Below, piece after piece: positions 51,717 through 63,321 of a DNA stretch of 64,000 bases. A model generated the notes under the pieces. That model was not told the DNA's origin, did no database searches, and worked only from the letters and a program-made list of their open reading frames with translations. Source of the stretch: Myxococcota bacterium (GTDB lineage: Bacteria > Myxococcota_A > SURF-8 > G963663525); the NCBI GenBank assembly GCA_963676915.2, contig CAXXVK010000019.1, positions 26,433-90,432 on the forward strand, in the 5' to 3' direction. Each line of letters starts with the position of its first letter. Positions within the stretch are counted from its first letter, which is position 1. The translations under genes and the position numbers were made by a program.

Positions 51717-52643
51717 GTGCAAGAAATATTTGGAAAGTACAAGCTGGAAAAACGCCTCGGATTAGGGGCGCATTGCGAGATCTGGAAGGCGGCTCACGGA
51801 ATGTATTCCGACGAGCCGGTTGCGTTGAAATTCCTTCAGGAACTTTCCCTGGACGATCCGCTTGCTGTGCTCGATTTCCGGCATGAAATCCAAGTCATGG
51901 CTGGCTTGCAGTACACTGGTATCGCTCAAATGCATCATTCCGGCGAGATCGGCGGTTCTCCCTTTTTCGAGTTGGATTTCATCGATGGTCTCACGAGCGC
52001 CGAGTTGATGAGACGCGCTAAAAATGTCGAAAGTCCGATCCGTATTGCTATCGGGATTCGACTGGCGCTTGGGGTGTTGCGTTCGCTCGTTTATCTGCAT
52101 TCCTATCGAGATACGACGCGACCCGGAGAGGGAATCTTTCATCTGGACCTATCCCCCGACAACGTGATGTGCGACCAACAGGGAAAGGTGGTGTTGATCG
52201 ATTTCGGCAACGCCGCCTTCAGTGGGATCGATGGTCAAACGCGTCAGATAGAATTTCGGGGAACCGTGCAGTACATGTCTCCCGAGCAATGCAGCCAAAA
52301 ACCGCTGGATGGTCGGTCCGACCTCTTCAGCCTTGGAAGTCTGCTGTACGAATGGACGACCGGGCAACAGGCGTTCGACCGGGAATACGATCACCTGCTG
52401 ATTGAGGATATCGTCAGCGCGGAGTTTCTATCTCCTCGCGAAATCGTCCCGAACTATCCGAAAATATTGGATGAAATCGTTTTAAAGGCCATGGAGCCGA
52501 ATCCCAAACAACGTTTTCGGGATGCCAAAGATTTCTTCTTCGAGCTTCAATCGGTATCCGACGACATCGGCATCCCCGTGGGGTTGCTCCGGCGCATCAT
52601 GGAGGAAATCCGCTCTGAGGACGAAAACAATTCTTCGGAATAG
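51717..52643 (+). CDS. Hanks-type Ser/Thr protein kinase, cytoplasmic, catalytic domain only
   Basis: LGLGAHCEIW, VALK, HLDLSPDNV, IDFG, GTVQYMSPEQ, SDLFSLG. Confidence 0.92.
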   Translation: MQEIFGKYKLEKRLGLGAHCEIWKAAHGMYSDEPVALKFLQELSLDDPLAVLDFRHEIQVMAGLQYTGIAQMHHSGEIGGSPFFELDFIDGLTSAELMRRAKNVESPIRIAIGIRLALGVLRSLVYLHSYRDTTRPGEGIFHLDLSPDNVMCDQQGKVVLIDFGNAAFSGIDGQTRQIEFRGTVQYMSPEQCSQKPLDGRSDLFSLGSLLYEWTTGQQAFDREYDHLLIEDIVSAEFLSPREIVPNYPKILDEIVLKAMEPNPKQRFRDAKDFFFELQSVSDDIGIPVGLLRRIMEEIRSEDENNSSE

Positions 52644-52928
52644 GGAGAGGTTTCGAGGGAGATTGCCATTGTGGTAGAATCCACTTCATAAAATGACAAG
52701 ATTGTGTGATTTTCATTTGACATGGTGGATCTTTTTCTGAAAATATGGAGGGAATACTACAAGTTTGTCGATTCAGGTCTCTTGATTTTAGCTACACGTT
52801 GTTACATGAAAATCTATAGCAAGTTTAAAGATTTGCGCTAACTGTGATAAATATAGTGTATAATCAATGAGATAGAAACTTATTTGAAACAGAAGCCCGG
52901 AAACCACTGATGTTTGAAAAACGTAATT

Positions 52929-54041
52929 ATGAATAAAGACAATATTATAAATGAATTGGTGTTATTGGTACTATCTCTGTTTCTTGTTCTGTGTCTTGGT
53001 TGCGGCGATGATATGACCAATGTGGGTAAAAACTGCACAATTTCAAGAATCACGGAGGATATCTGTGGCAGAAAAACAGATTATGGATTTTGTACCAGCA
53101 TCATTTTCAATTCCCAGGAAAACTACATGATAGAGCGGTATGATACCGATTGCGATGGTAAGCCGGATGATTGTTTCATCACGACTTTCAACGACATGGG
53201 TAAAATGGAAATAAATCAAATCGACAGCAACTGCAATGGTAAGCCGGATTTGGATAAGGAATGCACTACCTTTACATACAATCCACAGGGGAACATCCTG
53301 ACACAACAGACAGAAAACAAATGCGATGGTATACCGGATAAAGATTGCAGAAGATACACCTACGACACTCAGGGAAACAAACTGACACAACAAGTAGACA
53401 GCAACTGCGATGGTATTCCGGATGCAGATTGCATCGCTACTACCTACGACGCTCTGGGAAACGTGCTGACAGAACAAAGAGACAGCGATTGCGATGGTAG
53501 ACCGGATGCGAATTGCACGGTCAATACCTATGATATCTACGGAAACCTGTTGTTACTACAAACAGACAACGATTGTGATGGCTCATTGAATTGTGTTACT
53601 TACACTTACGATATTCAGGGAAACATGCTGACACGACAGGTAGATCTAGATTGCGACGGCAAGAAGGATCGCAACTGTGCAGTCTACACGTATGACACAC
53701 AAGGAAACATGTTGACCTTTCAGGAGGATATCGACTGTGATGGCAAACCAGATGAGAATTGCATAACATACACTTACGATATACATGGAAATGTGCTGAC
53801 ACAACAGACGGACTACGACTGTGATGGCGTACCGGATGAGAAGAAGTGTATCAATTACACTTACAACACCCAAGGAGACTTTTTGACACAATATACGGAT
53901 AACGAATGTAATGATATTCTGAATTCTTGCTCGACCATCACTTACAATACCCAAGGGAAGAAATTGACCGAGCAGTACGACAGTGACTGTGATGGTAAGC
54001 CGGATAAATGCATAACCTACAAATACAAGTGCTTCAAATAA
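52929..54041 (+). CDS. Lipoprotein with 11 DxDCDGxPD..C..YTYDxxGN repeats (YD-like, probably Ca-binding)
   Basis: Lipobox LCLGC; ~26-30-aa repeats; AT-richer than the flanks. Confidence 0.8.
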   Translation: MNKDNIINELVLLVLSLFLVLCLGCGDDMTNVGKNCTISRITEDICGRKTDYGFCTSIIFNSQENYMIERYDTDCDGKPDDCFITTFNDMGKMEINQIDSNCNGKPDLDKECTTFTYNPQGNILTQQTENKCDGIPDKDCRRYTYDTQGNKLTQQVDSNCDGIPDADCIATTYDALGNVLTEQRDSDCDGRPDANCTVNTYDIYGNLLLLQTDNDCDGSLNCVTYTYDIQGNMLTRQVDLDCDGKKDRNCAVYTYDTQGNMLTFQEDIDCDGKPDENCITYTYDIHGNVLTQQTDYDCDGVPDEKKCINYTYNTQGDFLTQYTDNECNDILNSCSTITYNTQGKKLTEQYDSDCDGKPDKCITYKYKCFK

Positions 54042-54323
54042 TAAAACGTATTGCCTTTCTCTTCATCCTCCATGCAGTGCGGTAAATCAGGCATTATCAA
54101 CGTATCATGAAGTATATCGCCTTGAATCCTTCATTTTACGTCGATTTTCCAGTCCGATGGTACAAACCTTTTAAATAGGAAAGGAAGCTTGCTCCGACGA
54201 ACTTGGGCAAAAAGCATTGTGCATTCAACGGGTTTTAAAGTACTTTGAAACTAGGCAGTTTTTGGATGATCCATGCCTGAAAAGGGTCGGATCGGAAGTT
54301 TTCAGGTGGGAAGGGTGAATAAC

Positions 54324-55400
54324 GTGCCTTCAATCGAGAACCATATTCCGTCCCGGTCGATTGTCGTGACCGGCGGGTCGGGGTTTATCGGAACCAATTT
54401 TATCCGTTGGGTATTTGAAAACCAACCGGATGTTGGTGTGATCAATATCGACGCCTTGACCTATGCCGGTAATCCCGCGAATTTGCGGGAGTTCGAGGGA
54501 GATGCTCGGTATAGGTTCGTCAAAGGGGATCTTCGCGATTCGTCTACCGTGAAGGGGCTGTTTGCCTCGGATCGTTTTCCATACTTTCCCGTACCGGAAG
54601 CCGTGGTGCATTTCGCGGCCGAATCCCATGTGGATCGTTCCATCACCGGACCGGTGCGTTTTTCGGAAACGAACGTTATCGGAACGCAGAACCTTTTGGA
54701 ATCATTGCGAAAAGGTGATTATCGACGCCTTGTTTTGGTTTCGACCGATGAAGTATACGGGGATTTGGATTTCGACGCCCCGCCGTTTACCGAAGATCAT
54801 CCCCTCAAGCCGTCGTCGCCGTATTCAGCCAGCAAAGCGGCGGCGGATTTGCTGGTGCTTGCGTACGTTCGCACGTATGGCGTCGATGCTTTGGTGACAC
54901 GCTGTTCCAACAATTACGGCCCTTATCAGTTTCCCGAAAAACTGATTCCCTTGATGACAATCAAAGCCTCTCAGGGGAAATCCCTGCCGGTTTATGGCGA
55001 GGGGACCAACGTTAGAGATTGGATCTACGTCGAGGACCATTGCACCGGGATTTGGGCGGCTTTGGACAAAGGCAAAGCCGGTCGAGTGTACAATTTCGGC
55101 GGGAATGCGGAGGTAAGCAATTTAGACTTGGTGCGCAAGATCGTAGCGTTTACGGGAGCCGATCCGTCTTTGATTCGATTCGTAAAAGATCGTCCTGGGC
55201 ACGACCTGCGCTATGCCATGGATTTCTGCCGCGCTTCGAAAGAACTCGGTTGGCAACCCGAAAAGACCTTCGAACAGGCGTTGGAACGAACCGTCACCTG
55301 GTATCTCGAAAACGCCAAGTGGTGGCAGCCGATCTTGGATGGTGAATACCGTTTGTGGGTCGAACGTTGGTATGGAGAAGGGACGGGCGACGAGCGATGA
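54324..55400 (+). CDS. rfbB: dTDP-glucose 4,6-dehydratase
   Basis: VTGGSGFIG, DALTYAGN, HFAAESHVDRSI, VSTDEVYG, PSSPYSASK, CSNNYGPYQFPEK, DRPGHDLRY; start uncertain (54273-54324). Confidence 0.95.
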   Translation: MPSIENHIPSRSIVVTGGSGFIGTNFIRWVFENQPDVGVINIDALTYAGNPANLREFEGDARYRFVKGDLRDSSTVKGLFASDRFPYFPVPEAVVHFAAESHVDRSITGPVRFSETNVIGTQNLLESLRKGDYRRLVLVSTDEVYGDLDFDAPPFTEDHPLKPSSPYSASKAAADLLVLAYVRTYGVDALVTRCSNNYGPYQFPEKLIPLMTIKASQGKSLPVYGEGTNVRDWIYVEDHCTGIWAALDKGKAGRVYNFGGNAEVSNLDLVRKIVAFTGADPSLIRFVKDRPGHDLRYAMDFCRASKELGWQPEKTFEQALERTVTWYLENAKWWQPILDGEYRLWVERWYGEGTGDER

Positions 55401-56338
55401 GCAGGAAGAACGGGGGAGGGGAAACGTGGCTTCGATGGGGATTCCTCACGGTATGGATCGTGCTCTTTGGTGCGTGCAGCGCTCATCGTTTCGATTATCG
55501 TCTGCCGGTCTCCGTTTTGGATGCATCCACAAGTCCCATGATTCTCGAATTCATGGAGGAGGATCGTCAGGAGTCGCAGAGGGTCCAGGATGCTTTGCAA
55601 AAAGCTATGGAAAAAGTTTCACGCTGGGGAAATCTGCCGTACCCGACGACGATCAAAGTCTATCCCTCTCATCAAAGTCTGTTGCTTGCCGTTCGGCGTT
55701 TCGGGCTGGACTGGTTACGGGGCTGGGCCTGTTTCGACACGGTGTATCTTCAATCGCCGCGAACCTGGGTGATTCCCGATCGACAAAAGCGCCTGGAAGA
55801 ATTACTGACCCACGAACTGGCCCATGTGTTGACCTATCAACATGCAAGTACGCCCGAAAGCTGGCACGATCTGGCGCTACCGTTCTGGTTTCGCGAAGGT
55901 TTTGCTTCGGTTTTAGCCGAGCAGGGGGAGCGCAGAGGGACGAAAAAACACGTCAAAGCCTATTACCTTTCCGAAACCTTTGTCGGTGATCCACTTCTTC
56001 AGCCCGAAAAAGTGATGAAAGATCAACCGGCTATGGCCTATGCCATCGCGCATTGGTGTTTTCACGATTTATTGGCTCACGTCGGCAAGGAACGCATTCT
56101 GGCCGTGTTTGAAGAAATGCGGCAGGGACGGCGTTTTCGTCGGGCGTTTTACCTCGCAACGGGACTATACGCGGACAACTGGGTGGAAGGCTGGCGGGAA
56201 AGTCTGGTGTTGGGAGTACCTTTCGAGCCGATAGAAAACCACAATGTAGATTCCATTCTGCCTTTGAAGGATTCCGGGCCGGAGCCGTTCAACGCGGTCC
56301 CGGATATGGGACCGGTGCATCCCAAAAAGCAGTCCTAG
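55397..56338 (+). CDS. Peptidase MA-clan (HExxH) metallopeptidase-like lipoprotein
   Basis: LFGAC lipobox; LTHELAH...LPFWFREGFA. Confidence 0.8.
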   Translation: MSRKNGGGETWLRWGFLTVWIVLFGACSAHRFDYRLPVSVLDASTSPMILEFMEEDRQESQRVQDALQKAMEKVSRWGNLPYPTTIKVYPSHQSLLLAVRRFGLDWLRGWACFDTVYLQSPRTWVIPDRQKRLEELLTHELAHVLTYQHASTPESWHDLALPFWFREGFASVLAEQGERRGTKKHVKAYYLSETFVGDPLLQPEKVMKDQPAMAYAIAHWCFHDLLAHVGKERILAVFEEMRQGRRFRRAFYLATGLYADNWVEGWRESLVLGVPFEPIENHNVDSILPLKDSGPEPFNAVPDMGPVHPKKQS

Positions 56339-56353
56339 CGTAGTTTTTACTTG

Positions 56354-56379
56354 GTAGGTCGGGTGAAATCACCCGACCT
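56354..56379. repeat. GTAG-type REP-like palindrome interrupted by the IS110 insertion
   Basis: GTAGGTCGGGTGAAATCACCCGACCT plus AC (57553-57554) rebuilds a perfect palindrome with 13-bp arms. Confidence 0.85.
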
Positions 56380-56428
56380 TGTATGATCTTTATTGTGTCA
56401 GTTTTCAGGTGTTTGTTGTGGTAAAATG

Positions 56429-57535
<1,107 letters not shown>

Positions 57536-57568
57536 CTTCAATCACAGTCGCTACATCGATTTTCGTTA

Positions 57569-59257
57569 CTAATGTTGGGTTCCGAATCGACGCAAAAGGC
57601 CCAATATCAGGAACAAGGGGAACAAACACAGGGCGGCGGATGGATGAAGCGTTGCGCATCCACCTGAAACGGTTCCGGGCTGAGTCTCATGAATTCCCGA
57701 GGACGAGTCCTCGTCTCCTCCGTTGGGAATGACTTCGGCAGAATCGGTTTCTTCTTCCTGAGCGATTTCAACTTCCGCTTCGTTGGCCGTTTCCTGAAGG
57801 TCTTCCTGGATTTCGTCCAAGTCGCCATCCGCTGGAATTTCCTCTTCGGGTTCTTCGGGGATTTCTTGCTCGGCGACGATTTCCGGCTCGGCTTCGTCCT
57901 CGTATTCCATCTCCGGTTCTTCGTCTATATCGCCATCCACGGGTGGTAATTCTCCAAGGTCGTAACAGACCGGATTGCCCGGCTTGTCGATGGTGTAATG
58001 CAACTGAGGCGCCCCAAGGCTACCACCGAAGCGTCCGCCTTCGTCGTGGTAATAAAGCTCGAGGTGATGACCGGTGATTTCCACCGTTACGAAGTGCAGG
58101 TTGCCTGTCTGGTTGATGCGATCATCGCAGGTGAAATTCAACGCTCCGAGCATGGCGAGGGCTTCGCCTTTGGCACCACCACCGGTCGTAATATGGACCG
58201 TACCCTCGGCGGGATCTTCCACACCGTGGCCGTTGTAGATCGGCTTGAACAACTCGTAAAAATGGTTGTGCCCGGAAAACGCCATGTCTACGTGGTAACG
58301 GTCGAAAATCGGAAGAATCTGATCACCGACTCCCTGTTCGTCTCCCTCATGTCCCGCTTCGAAGCCAAAAATATTGAGAGCGCAGGTAAAAAAAGGAGGA
58401 TGGAAAAATACGAATTTCCAGGGTTTATCCGTAGAGGCGAGGTCTTGTTCCAACCATTCGGTTTGAATTTGAAAATTGTTGTCTTCGTAGGAATACATCG
58501 ACAACACAACGAAGTGGGCGTTGCCGTAGTCGAAAGAATAGAAATCCTCGGTCTGGGTGGAGGAATTACGAGGTGTGGCGAAAACTTTGGCATAGTTCTG
58601 CTCGTCGCCTTCGCCGGGACCGTCATCATGGTTGCCCAATGTCGGCATCACAGGGACGAATGCCGGAGGCAGACCGGAAGCTTGGAGGTAGCTTTCCCAT
58701 TGGTCCACTTCGCTTCCATCTCTGACCATATCGCCGGTGTTGATCATGAATTCCGAACCGACATTCACCATGTCCTGCATGAGTTGTCCATATCCGGAGG
58801 CCGAGCCTGAAAGCTGGCTGCGATTATCGCCCATAACGCCGAAACGAAACGTTTCACAGGTGTTGGTTGGACCGGTCGAGAAGTTGTAGTTGTCCGAGTG
58901 ATCCGAACCGCAGGTGACGCGATATTGATAGACCGTACCTGCCAACAGGCCCGTAATTTCCGCTGTATGCGTAAAGCCTACGTCACCGCCGACCTCGGTT
59001 TCGGTACAGCGCTCGATCCAGGGATAGTCGGTTTCGGTGCCGTACTCGATGTAACAGACATCCTGACCGTTGCCGTCCAAGGTGGACGTATCGGTAGTAA
59101 ACGAGACCGAAATAGCTTCAGAGGTCGGATGACCCGTATAGGAAAGCCTTACCCACTTCGGTTGAGCGGCGTACAACGCTTGGGTATGAAAATAAAAAGC
59201 CAGCAGAAAAAACAACACGGTGTTCAGTGGAAGTTTATAGTGAATTTTCTTTTTCAT
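57569..59257 (-). CDS. Purple acid phosphatase-like metallophosphoesterase with an FN3-like N-terminus and a C-terminal GGC-TM-RR sorting signal
   Basis: MGDNR, NTGDMV, LGNHD, FFHPP, SGHNH; acidic linker; SGGCATLHPSAALCLFPLFLILGLLRR. Confidence 0.9.
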   Translation of the reverse strand: MKKKIHYKLPLNTVLFFLLAFYFHTQALYAAQPKWVRLSYTGHPTSEAISVSFTTDTSTLDGNGQDVCYIEYGTETDYPWIERCTETEVGGDVGFTHTAEITGLLAGTVYQYRVTCGSDHSDNYNFSTGPTNTCETFRFGVMGDNRSQLSGSASGYGQLMQDMVNVGSEFMINTGDMVRDGSEVDQWESYLQASGLPPAFVPVMPTLGNHDDGPGEGDEQNYAKVFATPRNSSTQTEDFYSFDYGNAHFVVLSMYSYEDNNFQIQTEWLEQDLASTDKPWKFVFFHPPFFTCALNIFGFEAGHEGDEQGVGDQILPIFDRYHVDMAFSGHNHFYELFKPIYNGHGVEDPAEGTVHITTGGGAKGEALAMLGALNFTCDDRINQTGNLHFVTVEITGHHLELYYHDEGGRFGGSLGAPQLHYTIDKPGNPVCYDLGELPPVDGDIDEEPEMEYEDEAEPEIVAEQEIPEEPEEEIPADGDLDEIQEDLQETANEAEVEIAQEEETDSAEVIPNGGDEDSSSGIHETQPGTVSGGCATLHPSAALCLFPLFLILGLLRRFGTQH

Positions 59258-59501
59258 TACCCGACTCGCCGCCTTAAAGATAGTCTCGGAAGTTAGAAAA
59301 GCGTTCAAATTTCGTTAATGTTATGATTCCGTTAAGGTTTTTGCAATGGTTTTCTACATAAATCAGATTCTTTTAATCAGTTTGAATCGAATTATGCAGA
59401 ACTGTGATTTTTCGGTGTTTCATCTTCGAGAAATTGTTTCGCCGAGCGAAAGATGCTAACGTCGAAAACGTCAAACGTACGAATGATCCCTAACTTGGTA
59501 A

Positions 59502-60137
59502 ATGCCGATGCAACATGAAGAAGCCGTGATGTTCGAGGGTCCGGCCGGGAGGCTGGAAGGAATGTGGCGTTGCCCGGAGTCTCCGCGTGGTCGGGTGGTG
59601 TTTTCCCATCCGCATCCAGCATTCGGCGGAACGATGGATTATCCTGCCGTGCGTTTGGGGTGCCACTACCTCAATCAATACGGTTACGCGACACTTCGGT
59701 ATAATTTTCGCGGGGTTGGAGAATCTCAAGGAAGCTATGCACAAGGGAAGGGCGAGCAGGAAGATTTGCTGGCCGCGATCGATTTTTCGGGAGAAAAACG
59801 GGACGATCTGGACTTGTATGTCGTAGGATACTCTTTCGGAGCGTGGATCAGCTGGCTGGTCGCCGACCGTTTGCCTCTACTTTCGGGGCTGGTGCTGGTG
59901 TCTCCGCCGCTTGAAGCGCTCGATTTCGAGTTTCCGCCCTTACGTTTCGAAGGACCGGCGCTGGCGGTTATCGGGGACCGAGACGCTTTTTGTCCGCCTC
60001 AGGTTTTTCAACGGGCTATAAAGGAGTTGGCTCCGCAAATCGAGGCGGAAATCTGGCCGGGAAACGATCATTTCTGGATGGGTTTGGAGCGTAAATTGTC
60101 GGATCGGATCGTGAATTTTCTGGGGAAGGATGCATGA
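59502..60137 (+). CDS. Alpha/beta hydrolase
   Basis: HPHPAFGGTM, RYNFRGVGESQG, GYSFGA, GDRD, DHF. Confidence 0.92.
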   Translation: MPMQHEEAVMFEGPAGRLEGMWRCPESPRGRVVFSHPHPAFGGTMDYPAVRLGCHYLNQYGYATLRYNFRGVGESQGSYAQGKGEQEDLLAAIDFSGEKRDDLDLYVVGYSFGAWISWLVADRLPLLSGLVLVSPPLEALDFEFPPLRFEGPALAVIGDRDAFCPPQVFQRAIKELAPQIEAEIWPGNDHFWMGLERKLSDRIVNFLGKDA

Positions 60138-61132
60138 GAAGTTTTTGGTTCCTAGCAATCCTTTGTTGCATGACGCTCATTGTCGGAACAGCTTGGGCCG
60201 AAACGTCCACGTCTGCCACAAACGATGCAAAGTCGGTTTCTACCGAATCGCTGAAAAAAAGCCGCCGATTGTTCCAGGAAGGTCTGATTTGCTACGGCAA
60301 TCTCGACTACCACTGTGCCCAGAAGAAGTTTTCGGGGGCCTCTCGAGAAGCGCCGGAAACTCTTCCGAAACACGAACGCTTGGAGATCGAGCGTTATCTG
60401 GCGATTACTTACATCGCTCTTGGTGAAGAAGAAAAAGCCGAAAACTGTTTCGAACGGATGCTGACGCTCAACCGGGATTATCACATCGACCCGGAGCGAG
60501 TTTCTCCCAAAGTATTCATGCTGTTCGAAAAGGTTCGGCGGGCGTGGCTGAAAGAACATCCGCCGGAGCCTATTGAGCCGGTAAAGCAAAAAACAAAAAA
60601 GCCATCCGACACGGCCAAAGAAGACGAAAAAAACAAAAAACCTGAAAAACCAGCTAAAGAGGAGAAAGCGTCCAAGCCTTTGAAATGGTTCGAGTTTCGT
60701 CTTGCATGTGCCTTGTTGGGCGGCAAGGAAATGGAAACGTTTGGGGCGGGGATGCTTGCGGGAGTCGGAATGTTGTTCAGTCTTTCCGAATCCCCATGGT
60801 TCGCTTTACCGTTTGTGGAATATCAGACGCATCCGTTTTCTTCTTCCGACACGCTTCATCAATTGCAGCTAGGTTCGGAGTTCGGGTACCGTTTTCAGTT
60901 TGGGCAGTTGCATTTGCTGCTTCCCGTGGGAGCCGGTGTCGGGTTCATTGGCCGAGATGGGTTATCGGACGAAGTGGGCCTCGGTTGGCGCGTCCATCCG
61001 ACCTTGCATGTCGTATTCAACGAAACGTGGAGTCTGGGATTCGGGCTTGGTCCTCGGGGGGTGGTTTTGCTCAATCGGTCGGGATCTTCCACTTATTTCG
61101 TGGCGGGACTGCACTCGGCGTTGCTTTGGTGA
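60134..61132 (+). CDS. Secreted TPR plus C-terminal beta-barrel protein
   Basis: Signal peptide; TPR YLAITYIALGEEEKAENCFERML..SPK; Lys/Pro linker; amphipathic strands ending in W. Confidence 0.7.
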   Translation: MRSFWFLAILCCMTLIVGTAWAETSTSATNDAKSVSTESLKKSRRLFQEGLICYGNLDYHCAQKKFSGASREAPETLPKHERLEIERYLAITYIALGEEEKAENCFERMLTLNRDYHIDPERVSPKVFMLFEKVRRAWLKEHPPEPIEPVKQKTKKPSDTAKEDEKNKKPEKPAKEEKASKPLKWFEFRLACALLGGKEMETFGAGMLAGVGMLFSLSESPWFALPFVEYQTHPFSSSDTLHQLQLGSEFGYRFQFGQLHLLLPVGAGVGFIGRDGLSDEVGLGWRVHPTLHVVFNETWSLGFGLGPRGVVLLNRSGSSTYFVAGLHSALLW

Positions 61133-61182
61133 AGCATTTGAGGTAGATAGAGCTTGCCATATCGTAGTCTCGAAGGAATACA

Positions 61183-63132
61183 ATGTTTCAAATCGAATTG
61201 AAAAGCCGAATCGACTCGGTGAAAATAAAGCGGGTCTTTACCAAAGAGCATATTCTCATCGGTCGTGCCGATTCCAACGACCTCGTGTTGCCCGATCCGA
61301 GGGTTTCCGGTCTTCACGGCCAGATCGTTTTCAAGAAAAACGCTTATTATTATCAGGATCTTAGAAGCACCAACGGTTCGATGATCGAAAACGCCGGGGA
61401 ACGTTACGTGATCGATGGCGTGAAATTCAAAGAACGTGCGTTGGAGCACGGCGACCGCTTGTTGCTGGGCGATGTTCATGACCCGATCGTGCTGGACGTG
61501 CAAATTCGGGAAAAATCGAACGAAACCGCAGAGGTTCCCGACGAAAACAAAACCGTATTGGCGACCCGAGCGATTTCCGACTTCAGCATGTTGTCCGATC
61601 CGTTGTTGGACGACAAAGGGCTGGTTCGGGCACTGTTCAGATTTCAAAAAGAAATCAACGATTTGGTGGATGGTTCGGAGATCGACAAGCTCGTCTCCCG
61701 TTTCTTTTTCAGTCATTTTCCCTACGTGGAATATGTATCGATTCACCGCGAAGATCCTGTTGAAGATGGTATTTTCAGACAAGAGCATTTTTCCTGTCGA
61801 TCTACGGAAGTTTCGGTGGAATTCTGTGAAGATCCGCATTTTCTGGAAAGCTTGTTGAAAGACCGAAAGGCTCTATTGCTCAAAGCCGAGGACTTGAAAG
61901 AGGTTCGAAAATCTCCCGGAACCGGTCCTTTGGGGTCGCTGGCCATCGCCCCTTTGATGACCGAAAAAAAACTCACAGGTGCTTTAGAGGTCGGTAATAC
62001 CAAATGGGCGCAACCGCTCGATGAAGCCGACTTGCAAATGATAGCGGTGGCGGCGTTTATTCTGGCCAACCGTCAGACCAATTTGAAATTGCTTGAAGTG
62101 GTGCAGGCTGCTCAGGACAAATTACGCCACGAAAACAGCTTTTTACGGTCGGTTCTCAATAAAGAAGGAGAAACCGCCACGCTAATCGGAGAGTCCGAAC
62201 CTATCGAAAAAATCCGCAAGCAGATTCGCACGGTCGGTCCTTCGGAGCTTACGGTATTGATCACCGGAGAAACAGGGACGGGCAAAGAGCTTGTAGCCCG
62301 CTCGATTCACCTGCAATCCATGCGTAGCGGCAAGCTGTTTGCAGCGGTCAATTGCGGTACGTTTTCCGAAACATTGTTGGAAAGCGAGTTGTTCGGCCAC
62401 ATCAAAGGTTCGTTCACTGGGGCTGTGGAAAATAAAAAGGGTTTGTTTGAAGTGGCCGACGGCGGAACGCTGTTGCTGGATGAAATCGGCGAAATTCCCT
62501 ATCACCTGCAAGTCAAATTATTGCGAGTGTTGCAGGAGAACGAAGTTATGGCGGTAGGTGCGACGAAGCCGAAAAAGGTGGATGTTCGCGTTATCGCGGC
62601 GACCAATAAAGATCTGGCGCAGGAAGTCGAGGGCGGACGTTTCCGGGAGGATCTCTTCTACCGTGTCAACACCTTCGAAATTCGGCTTCCCTCGTTGCGG
62701 GAGCGTGGCGAGGATATCTGGCTGCTGGCACGGCACTTTCTGAAGATGTTCAGAAAAGAAATGAACAAACCGGGGCTTGAATTTTCGAAAGCCTCCCGTA
62801 ACCTGTTGTTACGCAACGCATTTCCCGGAAACATCCGACAGTTGAAAAACGAAGTTCAACGAGCGGTGCTGATGGCGGACGATGGTGGCGAAATCGAGCC
62901 GCAGCATTTTTCGCCGAATCTTTCGGAGCAGGGGCAAAAAGAATCGACCCCGGAACTTTCCATCAATGGCCGAGCCTTGAAAGAAATCATGGAACAATAC
63001 GAGATTCGTGTGATTCGGCAGGCTTTGGAAGAACATGGTTGGAATCGTTCCAAAACGGCACAGAAATTGGGAATCAGTCGGCAGGCGTTCATGACGAAGC
63101 TGTCCAAATACGGGATTACGCCGGATTCCTGA
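61183..63132 (+). CDS. FHA-GAF-sigma54 AAA+ transcriptional activator
   Basis: FHA ([20 protein letters not shown]), GAF-like domain, [23 protein letters not shown]. Confidence 0.92.
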   Translation: MFQIELKSRIDSVKIKRVFTKEHILIGRADSNDLVLPDPRVSGLHGQIVFKKNAYYYQDLRSTNGSMIENAGERYVIDGVKFKERALEHGDRLLLGDVHDPIVLDVQIREKSNETAEVPDENKTVLATRAISDFSMLSDPLLDDKGLVRALFRFQKEINDLVDGSEIDKLVSRFFFSHFPYVEYVSIHREDPVEDGIFRQEHFSCRSTEVSVEFCEDPHFLESLLKDRKALLLKAEDLKEVRKSPGTGPLGSLAIAPLMTEKKLTGALEVGNTKWAQPLDEADLQMIAVAAFILANRQTNLKLLEVVQAAQDKLRHENSFLRSVLNKEGETATLIGESEPIEKIRKQIRTVGPSELTVLITGETGTGKELVARSIHLQSMRSGKLFAAVNCGTFSETLLESELFGHIKGSFTGAVENKKGLFEVADGGTLLLDEIGEIPYHLQVKLLRVLQENEVMAVGATKPKKVDVRVIAATNKDLAQEVEGGRFREDLFYRVNTFEIRLPSLRERGEDIWLLARHFLKMFRKEMNKPGLEFSKASRNLLLRNAFPGNIRQLKNEVQRAVLMADDGGEIEPQHFSPNLSEQGQKESTPELSINGRALKEIMEQYEIRVIRQALEEHGWNRSKTAQKLGISRQAFMTKLSKYGITPDS

Positions 63133-63321
63133 TATTCGTCGATCTGAAAAACAAGCCTCCGAACAAAGAATCGGATAGATTACCGGGAAACGGTTGAATC
63201 TTCTCCCCAATGAACTATACTAGGGTTGAATCGCTTGGCGTTTCGATACGTTCAGGCGTCGTGGTCGGCGTTTACGCCACCCGAATAGATCGAAGAGAGA
63301 GAACCGAATCTGGAGGGGAGT

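Noticed and set aside
53140-54010. Regularly spaced nucleotide repeats suggesting a CRISPR array
   Set aside because: The repeats are degenerate, in frame and coding; there are no identical direct repeats with unique spacers and no cas genes.
54324-55400. rfbB as the start of an O-antigen/rhamnose cluster
   Set aside because: No rfbA/C/D or glycosyltransferase genes are adjacent; it is an orphan overlapping a peptidase gene.
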